From Antedon mediterranea (Eukaryota; Animalia; Echinodermata), in contig NC_092675.1 in the NCBI RefSeq assembly GCF_964355755.1, positions 18,386,912 through 18,450,911 on the forward strand: DNA of 64,000 bases, written 5' to 3'. Below are positions 1-10,400 of this stretch, in pieces. The notes below the pieces were generated by a model. That model made no database searches. It had not been told where the DNA came from and worked only from the letters and a program-made list of their open reading frames with translations. The position numbers were made by a program, and so were the translations under genes. Each line of letters opens with the position of its first letter. Position 1 is the first letter of the stretch.

Positions 1-839
1 GATGCGAACTTTGTTTTTATGACTAGCAAAAATACATTTTATTTACAGGCTAAATATTTCATTAACTAGAAAGTATATTAATTTATTGTATCTTAATAAA
101 GTAATCAATACTAGTAATCTCTTTTAGTAAATCTATTTCCAGATACACAAAACACATCCACATCCTAAAACTTCAGAATAAAAGAAATAGGTTGCTAGAT
201 ATTAAAAATACTAAAACTCACTTTTCATCAAATCATCATCATGAGTTTTCATTGTGGAGAGGACAAAGGACGAAAGGACGGAAAGAGTATATTATTGAGC
301 TTAGACGCATGCGTAGATTATTCTTTTGTATACATTCCGTCTAGTTAAATCTTGCTATTGATCCAAATGCAGACCTATAAGGACTTAAACAACTTTTTCT
401 AGCTTATCAAAACAGTTACAAAGAAATTGAGTGACGAAAATGACCTCAAATCTCATGCTTTACCAGACAACGATGTAAAAATGTAACAGAATGTCAACTC
501 AAATCAGAGCGATGAAAGTAACGAACTGACTGGAATCGATATGCAAACAATGCTCAGAAACATTGGTTAAAACAAATGTAACCGCTAACTCTGGCTGGCT
601 ATGACAAATAGAAGGTAAATTCCCCCGTTATCATTTATAATCTGTTGAATACCATGCATAATGACATTTGAATTAAGTTTGTACAATAGACAGTTAAAGT
701 ACATTGTATTAATTTGAACAGTCATTAAAAAATTATTTGTAAACGGTTGATGTGTATGAAAATTATTAGCAAAGAAATTTGGCATAATAATATTAACATT
801 ATTTTACAGAATTGTCTATTTGATTGCAAAACGTAATCA

Positions 840-1435
840 TCATTTAAATGGTTTATTAGCAGCAAAGATAAATCCGATTGGCAGAAATATATTAACAATA
901 GTAAAAATGATCAATAGTGCTCTGTCGATGACAGCGGCTGCTTCTCTCCATTCACGGGCAGAGTCCATATCAGTATCTTTCTTACGCTTCAATTGTGCAA
1001 GGAAATCAAGCTGAGAAGAAATGTTGTTAATACTAGCTTCCAAATTGCGCGTATTATTTGGTCGTTCTTTGGTGTTATTATCTAAACACCCGTTCTGAAA
1101 GGGCTCGGAACCTTGTTGTTGTGAATTCTCATCAGTAATCTTTGCTTTGGTCATTCGCTCATTCAAGTAGACGTTTTTACCAATTAATTCGGTTCGTCTA
1201 AGTTCAGTTTCCTCCTTGTTGTAAAAATGATCGCTAATGTTATCGTTTTTTAAGTCTGTAAGGACAGCCTTCGGTCGACATTTTCCGACAAGTCTAGAAA
1301 CGCAGCCGAAGACAAACCGACGCATCCACGGAGGCATACGAATACAATTTCGTTCCTTGTGATACACGTGTAAAATCCATACAGACATTGCAACCGAAAG
1401 TGCAACCATTCCAATCATAACGATAAAATATTTCC
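840..1435 (-). CDS. Gene A coding exon 6 (M3, cytoplasmic loop, M4, stop)
   Basis: Acceptor ttcag|GGAAATAT; reads GKYFIVMIGMVALSVAMSVWILHVYH...AVIDRALLIIF...KPFK*. Confidence 0.93.
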
Positions 1436-4400
1436 CTGAAAGATAAAATACACATATAACGCTATTAAAAACATTTGAATGAGATTTCCTATAACAAACT
1501 CGCAAACTCTAGCAAACTAAACGTTTGATGGTTTATTACAGTTTCGTTAGCAAACTTTTACCAAATTTGTATTTGCAAACTCGGGAGTTTTCAAACTAAA
1601 GTTTAGTGTAGACTTCTGAAAAAATGTTAGCTGTAGTTTGCCGAATTTTGCCAATTAGCAAACTTTGGAAGACTCTGAAGAGTTTTCTCGAGTTTGCTTT
1701 GCTTACCCAACGAAAAGAAAAAAAAATTAAAAAAAGTACTTACCTATGATAGGAAAAGTGCCATCTGACGCTGGAGGAATTGTAGCAAAGACCAACTGAT
1801 TAAATACAATCAATGATAATAAGACAGTAATCGACAGATTCATTTTTTCTCCCGACTCAGGAGGCAAGTAAAATACCATAATAGATAGTAAAGAAATGAG
1901 AACATATGGTAGAATCAGGTTTATTACATAGAAGTCCGACTTGCGAGATAAGTAGAACGTGTAAGTTAAAACGGTGAAAGGGTCCGGGCAGCATTTGTAA
2001 TATTCCACCTCTCGAATTATAGGTACATTGATTATATTCCATTCTCCATTATCTTCAAACGCGGATATATCGGCATTTGATGCTATTGCTTCTAAGTCTA
2101 CCTGTAGCATATCATGAGCCCAAGAGCCAAATTTAAGAGGACATGTCTGAGTGTCAAAAGGATAATATGTAAGGTCTACTTTACAATAACAAACGTATAT
2201 ATAAGGTGTGAGGTATTTTATGGTTCCATTAGACATAACACTAGCTGGTAGATTGGGATCATTGCTTCCATCTTCATCAACACTATAAACAAATAAATAA
2301 ATTCAAGTGTTAATATTTTCCTATAGTGGATAAACTTCTTAAACAAAAATGTCTAAAATTAGTGTTCCTGTGGTATGATAACCTAATGAAAAACACTTGT
2401 TTCATTATTTCGAAATCTTTTTTCAATACATCCAATAGCAAGTAACTCACCCATTGCATAGTGTATAAACTTCATCATGCTTATAAGTGGAGTAAAAAGA
2501 GCCATCAGTATTGAGACCTGGAATTCGGGAGTGGCTCACTTACTAATCATCGAAATTGATACAAACTGTAAGAACACGTACCTGCTGTAAAGTACAATGT
2601 CTGGTCTCCATAGCCTAGTAGACGCTATTCTAATTACTGAAATATTATTAAATTCTTGTTCATTCCAAGTTAGAAAGGGATCATGCCACGACTAAAATAT
2701 AATCAGAAAACAATGTATTTAGATTTTGGAAAGCTATTATGTAATAGTGTAATATTTAAATTAAACGTCATATAACATAATTAAAAGAACATTGTTTTAA
2801 GATTTGACTTTAAAATGTCTTATTTAGGTAATTTTATGTTAAAAAAACCCCCCCTTTTTTCAATATTCTATTGCAAAATTCGTCTCTTTATAATTCCACT
2901 TTTCATTTGTTTGAAACTTAACTCTTCGTCTTGTCTATGCAAGGAAACATTAGGCCTACATCTATGTATATCATTTCCTAGCATCCTCCATATTTTATAA
3001 TCTACTATGTTATTCATTTCGTTTTTATAATTAAAAACAGAACATTTTGAATATTTCAATTTCTAGCTAATTTGAAATTAAAATTGTCTTATTATTTAAA
3101 CGTTTCACTCTGTATGTTTTACCAAAACCAACGATTCTCTTTAATGTATTGCCAGAGGCGTTAACTTGTAACTTTCAAGTTTGGTTGATATTAATAAGTA
3201 ATGTAATGTAAAATAATTCAATTTTTAACCATACCCATTTAGTGGATTTGTTTTTGTACATGCTATTATATTGATTTTTCTTCAATACAACAATATAATG
3301 ATGAATAAACACAGAGGCAGTAATTACAGTAATATTAGCCCAGAACCATGCGACTGTTGTTAAAAAATACATTACAGTCCTTAATTTAATTAGGCCGAGA
3401 GATGTTCGCTCTACTTAGAATAATAGACGGCATAGCCCAGAGGGAAATCACCGACAAACTTTAGAATGTGAATTTCATATATGCTAATGATACAAATCAC
3501 TCCTTCATTGGAAGTGAGCCAAATCAAAAAATGAATATTGTTATTATGTCTACAACTTTTCTACAAAAAAGTATTGCCAAAGAGGAGAGGCGATTGTTGA
3601 TCTACGTTTTGGTAGTGTGTCTCAGGCAATGAGAGAGGAAGAGGATCCACCCAATTTTAATTGACAAATTTCCTAATGTATTTTACATTAATTCACGCTT
3701 GTCTATATGATTGATTTTTCTATGGTATTGACTGTAATTAATCAATGATTGATCGATTATTAATTGACTGATTACAGTACAAATGATTGGCTAATGTTTT
3801 AATTACCTGTCGTAACCAAACGCTAAGTGTTATTTGCTGCTTGATCTCATCCTTAATGATAAAAACAATAGTAAACATTATCATAATCATATATTGTAAT
3901 CATCTTCGACGTCATCAACGTCATAAGCATACACATTTTTAAGGTCAAATATATGTCAGTATTGGGAGCTTTCGATTTGCGACGACCAGACATAGGAACT
4001 AGAACGTTTCTCCAAAAGACGGTTGTAGCATAACAACCGACACGTCGAGACATTAATTCTTTTGGTAGCACATGGTGTAACTTAACTCTACTAGAAGGTA
4101 ATGTTACCGGTAGTTATTGTATGCATAAATGCAGTCAATGAGATGTTGTTTCCTATACTCGATGGTCCCAAATCGATGGTCCAGGCGACTAATGGCACAA
4201 TTGCCTAGGCCCCAGGTCACAGGTTGTCATGAATCGAAAACTTCCAATTTTCCAATGCGTCCATCGTCACCAATGTATTATAATCATACTATTGTTTCTT
4301 TACGGTTTCCAAATGAATTGATGCGTTTATAACGCATCAATTCATTTGGAATCAAGACAAGTCGTAGAAAAATATAAATCGCAGCAACACGTCGAACCAA

Positions 4401-7400
4401 TTTCTCAGAAACCGTTTAAATCTGTCTATAAACCTTATTGTGAAAATGTATACGGCAGAAAACTACCATTACTGTAGAAATTGCCGTAACGAATTAGTGT
4501 TATATTTACAGTTATTAAAAGGATAACAAATTCCATCAAAAGGAGACGATGTGTTAGGAATTGTAAAACTTGCAGTGATTATTTACGAATGGTTCAACGG
4601 TCATTGAACTGCTGATTGTTGAACCTAAAGTCAACATCATTGATACGAATAATAAAGAAATACCATAAATCAAATATCGTAATTGTTAACAACTTAATTG
4701 TAATAGTTGAAGAAACTCGTAACCAAAGTTTCTTCACCAAATATTAGATTTATATGTTGTAAAACGTGACATAGGCCTATATTTTTTATTCGATATGATC
4801 ATTTTTTTAAAGTGATGTTTTATTACAGACAATCATTTTGTATGAGCATATTTCTTGGTCTCTACAAAATGTTACAAATTTTATTAATTAAATTTAAATT
4901 AAAATTTATATTTAAAGTGAAACTCCAAGCATTTTAGGGTTTTCTGCTGTGGAAATTTGATTTTAAAAACCAAAAATATACAAATATTCCGCCGATTCAT
5001 AACTCAGAATATTTCCCTTTTTGTTGTCAAACTCACTTTGCCACTAATGTTATATCAACACATTTACCACTGTTATCGTCAAAAGTTGTATTATGTTATT
5101 ACTGTATTTTTATTAATATAATTCGTCATCAACTTCTTCTCTAGTTACATGAGTAACTTAGAAAAATGTTACATGATGTCTATGGAGTAACTCTATTTCT
5201 GATTAAGGTCCGTTTATACTATGACGATAAGAATAGGCTCATCTATGGGTTAATAGTACATGCCAGCCCGGCAACAGGGGTTGATAGCTGTAAATTAGGC
5301 AGGAAGCTACCTTGTTATTCTCTGGCTTGTACAGCAAAATGGCAGGCGAATTATCTCATTTAGACAACGGCTTGCGATTATCAGACAAATTTTGGGCAAC
5401 CTCTATCTATCCCAACTGTAACGTTTTTGCGTTCCGTTGGAACAGTTTGATATGAGGTCCAGAAGTGTGTGTCTGTCCTAGGCAAGCATTCACTCACTTT
5501 TTAATGCCTAGGCGCTCAGCGTCCAAATGATTATTATGACAGATATAATTATTTCTCAGCGACTGGTAACTCGGAAGTCATCTCTAGAATTAACTGTCGT
5601 TACTTGGCAAGGTTAACGGGCAAGGTTAACGTGCAAGGAAGGCGCGGCCGGGTCGACATCCTGCTACTTCCTCCTCGTTTAGTTTAGTTTTAGGATGCTG
5701 GAATGTTCGGTCTTTGAGCATCCTGTCTCATAGAAACGCTAGTTTACCTAGAAAGTCTGCTGTCGTTGACCATGGAATTAATGTTTCCGCTCTCAGCGAA
5801 ACACGGCTTACGGGTAACGGCTCTATTCGGAAGGCAAACTACACCTTCTACTGGTTTTTTTCTGATAACATGAGACCTAAGCATGGAGCTGGTTTTGCTG
5901 TTCATAACAAGCTACTTTCTTGCATTCAGCAATCCATTGCAATATCACCCAATCTTATGACTATGCGTCTGTGTCTGAAAAATGGTTACATCACCATAAT
6001 ATCTGCTTATTCTCCAACATTAATAGACAACGCTGAATCAAAAGGCGTTTTCTATCAAACCATTTTCAAAACTCCATCTGGTGACAACATAGCACTCATT
6101 TGCGAATTCAACGCTAGAATTGGCTCTGATTTCTTGAGTGTAATGTGATTGGACATCATGGGGTTGGTAAAATGAATGACAACGGGCAACGTCTTCTTGA
6201 ATTATGTGCTGACCTCTGTGTTACCAACATCTACTTTGAAGGTCCTTTTTGTACCAAAACAACCTGGATTTTTAACGTGTCTAGACTCCGTGCGAAGATA
6301 AAGATTAAGCAAGTTCTTGTGCATGAACTCCTGTATGCGGATGATGCTACCATTGTTGCCCACTCCCAATCTCAATTACAGGCATCTTGCAGCTCCTTTT
6401 CAAAGACCTGCTTGGATTTTGGAATGTTGATCAACATCAGCAATACAGTATTCCTGGCTCAGGGCGCAGATAAAGAACCACCTAACATTTTAATTTATGG
6501 TAAACCCTTAGAAGTTTTAAGAAAATCTACCTATCTCAGTTCTATTATAATCTTTTATTGACAACTGGGGATAACAGCCAACATGGCATACAAATAGTGG
6601 GCGATACATGAAAATGGCAATAACAAACTTAAATAATATTTTCACTAATTTTAAGAACTTAAAAACAAATTTTTACAGTAATAAAGGTTCAATAGAGAAT
6701 AAAAACACAAGGCTATGACAATGTATATTATAAGTTTGGCGTATGTGTGCAGTAAATGGGCATTCACATAATGCGTGAAATTCGATCTGCACTTTGCCGC
6801 ATTTACAAAGATTTTCATCGGGTGTGTGCGAGACCACCGCCCAGTTTCTATTCTAAGGTTATGAGATATAAGTCGTAAACGTGAGAAAGTTAGCCTTTTA
6901 TGCTCCGGTACAGCTCTACAGTAAATGACACAAACTGACTAGATATTGAGCTTGATACACGTATTGAAAAAGCAGCAATCACTTTTGGAAGACTTCGTGC
7001 TCGTGTATGGAACAACCATAACCTTACCATCAAATTGAAGACTCACATCTACATTGCATGTATAGGCCTACGTGCTATCATAGGTGGTGTTTCTTGGCGT
7101 GATCGTGTAGGGCCTACCCAGTAGTGTTGTGTCGTCAATTAGTGGTACAACTAAATTTGTAGCTGGTCACCAATTATCTGCCAATGCAAATGTTGCTGAA
7201 TGTGAAAGGCTTCGTGGTATTCGATGATGATACAGACATGTTATTTGTTTGCCCCTTACTTGTTCCCATGTGCCAAATATACATTCAAAAGTATTATATC
7301 ACCCGCCCAAATAGAACCAAAATGCACCAATTACTTAATACCAGGTAAAACAAACTTAGCTAAATTTATTCATGAAATGTTGTATTTGTTTTAGTTGTTG

Positions 7401-10400
7401 CTTTGCGATATATAAATTATGTATCGGACCAAATATTTATGTCTTAACGAGTTTAGTTATTTATTTTTTAAGAATGTTCTTTCATACCCTGAAGACAAGG
7501 GTCAATAAAGAAATAAAAAATTCAATCATCAGAAAACAAAGGGAAATCTTTTTTTATATAGGATAACCATTAAAATACCATTTTCGATAAAAATAATATT
7601 TAAAAAAATCAATTGTTATTGTCAATAAGAACGATGTCATACAACAGAGCGATTTTATTGTGCTTATTAATAATAATATCGTTTGATTTGATTTGTAAAA
7701 AGAAAGAAGACTATAGATGATTATCATATAGGTCTAGAATAGAAACTTTTATAATTTCGTTTGGCTTTTAGTCGCGTGCAACGCGACTCTACAGCTCACC
7801 ATGTCGGTCGGTTGGTCGTTCGGTCGGTCGGTAAACACTAACCTGAGCACGCAACACTGCATGTATATGGCCTTGTTTTAGAACATCTATTTACGTATCA
7901 TTGTTCGTTATCGTAGTGGTATCAACGGGTCTTAATACTTCACACCAATGTATATCTACATTCGTCGTCATTTGTAATGTCTCTCTAAAGTAGCGTTTAT
8001 CTAAACATGAATATGGGAATCAAAATAAATGAAATTAATTATACTTACAAAATCGATGATGTGAGCAGGTACAATTTCGTGCTTTACAACCGTCGTTACT
8101 GACTCGTCGATACTGGGTCGAATTATGTTTGTATAATTTCTGAATAAATACTCCACCAGGTATCGAGAATCACAATAGGCAGTTCCTATAATTAAACAAT
8201 ATATATTTAAGAAAGTTAAATGTAAACCGAAGAAGAAAATATATATTTATATAAAGATAGATGAAACACGTTATATACATCCATGTTTAACATTAGAGTA
8301 TCTGAATTCAAAGTCATATGTTTTACAGCTCTATTTAAATACGTACACGAAGAAGGCAGTTAGAAAGTTGCCAACAAAAATGGTTTCACAAGACGATAAA
8401 CTGAGCACCCCTAGTGCCCCTCAGAGTACGCTATTATGCACAATTAATAGTAGCATTATCATGTCTAACGAATATGAGAGTGGCCATCATTGATATATAG
8501 AGGCAGATGAAAACCAATTTCTTATCTTAAATCTGTTGAGATTGCTTAGCAAAGCCTGATTTATATAACATCCACCTACAGAAACAATCCAATCATGTCA
8601 TCATACTGTTTATATCGCATAAACTATTTTCTGATCGTGAAATACGTTCTGTTGAACAAATAGCAGTAAAGCCTATCATTAAATCAAAGCTATTTATATT
8701 ACTTTAAATAAATTGAATTAATTTCTTCGCAAGAAAAGTTGAATTTCTCATAGGTTTCTGGACTATAGTGTCTGATGTATGTTAATTCTTTACATGAATA
8801 AGATATGATTGATTTAATAAAAAAACAAACACTACAATGGTACACGAGTACATAAAATTAACAGTATTTTAATTTAAAGTATGCCATATTCTTATTTATT
8901 AACTCAATTGACTCATGCTTTATTTAAAGTGTTTATACTTAGTATGACCATTGATGCCCTCCGCCCCACCAAGCAAAATAGAAAAGAATCACAATTTCGA
9001 AGTATAATATACTATATACTTTATCCTTTAATGGATATCCTAGGCCTACTAGGTAAAAGTGTAATAATACTGTATAATCTAAAAACTAAAATGAAATTAT
9101 TTATACAAGTACAGTATGGTGTTGTAATCAGAGAGGTATGAAAATAATTATTTTATTCGGCTGTAATAATATTACGAGAATATTTCTTTTATAGTCTACA
9201 ATAACTCAGCCATTACCTCTACGTGCCCTGGTTGTTCATTCATTCTCATAATTGCAATTCTATAATTGTATTCTTGTTATTCTTAAAGATAGCTGTCAGT
9301 TTATGTATTTGTATTCTAAATGTTAGTAGAACCAGTTTCAATGGTGCTTGAAATTATCTATACAGATATTTGGTATAGGCTTGTGTAATGATGTATAAGC
9401 CTAGTGAGGATATCAAGTATATGATACAATGGTACAATTGCTGTACGCTGTTTATATGTCTGTTTGCTGGTGGTCTTACCATAAAATTGTTTAGAAAAGA
9501 AAGTACTGTATAACTAACAGCAACAGTACTGTGTCAGGTGGAAAGATAGATTTTTATTATAACGATTTTTGAATGCTAAAATGTAGGGTACGCCTAAATC
9601 ATTTGAGCTATACCATAAAACAGTAGCTTGTAGATTTAGTATCTAATCTTAATAATGATGGTATAAATATACTGTAGTAATACATGCAATCAGAATTAAA
9701 TTTATTTAAACGATAACAGCAAAGATTGCTATATATGTTTTCATTAATGCATAATATAAATCCAAGGCCAAAACAAAACAATGGTGTTGATAAGACCCGG
9801 ATCTCAATGATTGAGTTATAAAAATTAATCAACAAAAGCTATATTGTAAAAGTAAAGAGCCAGAGAGAAATGTTAAGCGTTAGTTAATCTCCAGTTTAAT
9901 GGGAAAAATATTGTGAATAAACGAGATGAAATTGCTTTTTCTAATAAACATTTACGGAATTGAACACGTCTCAATTAGTCCTTTGTTATATTTAATTAAA
10001 TATGTAAATATTATGCAAAGTATAACTATTAATATTATTATATCATCAAAGTTGTTACTTAAGTAATTATTAATAATTATTCTAAGATAGTACATTGATT
10101 TAGTCAATTCAATTCAATTAATAACAAGCATAAAACGAGGACCAACCTAGAAGAAAAACTTGTCTCAGTTGGCCCTTTAACATGGTTAATAAGAACAAGT
10201 AAGAATATGAAGCATCAGTAAAAATGTATAATAAATAATATAATTGTCGTTGTTTTATTTGTAGGTCTGTTGACCTAGTATCTTGTTATATATATAAGAT
10301 ACTGAAGAAATTAGAAAAACAGTATACTCCATGATTGCATTAATTTCGTAAAATCAAACCTCTCATTATCTCAATAACATGACTGAGCTCTAAAAATAAA

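Noticed and set aside
5260-5690. Possible HDV-like ribozyme in the RTE 5' region (GGCGAAT; CCTCCTCGT)
   Set aside because: I could not assemble the P1/P2/P3/P1.1 pairings, and CCTCCTCGT falls in the decayed ORF start. A covariance-model search would be needed.
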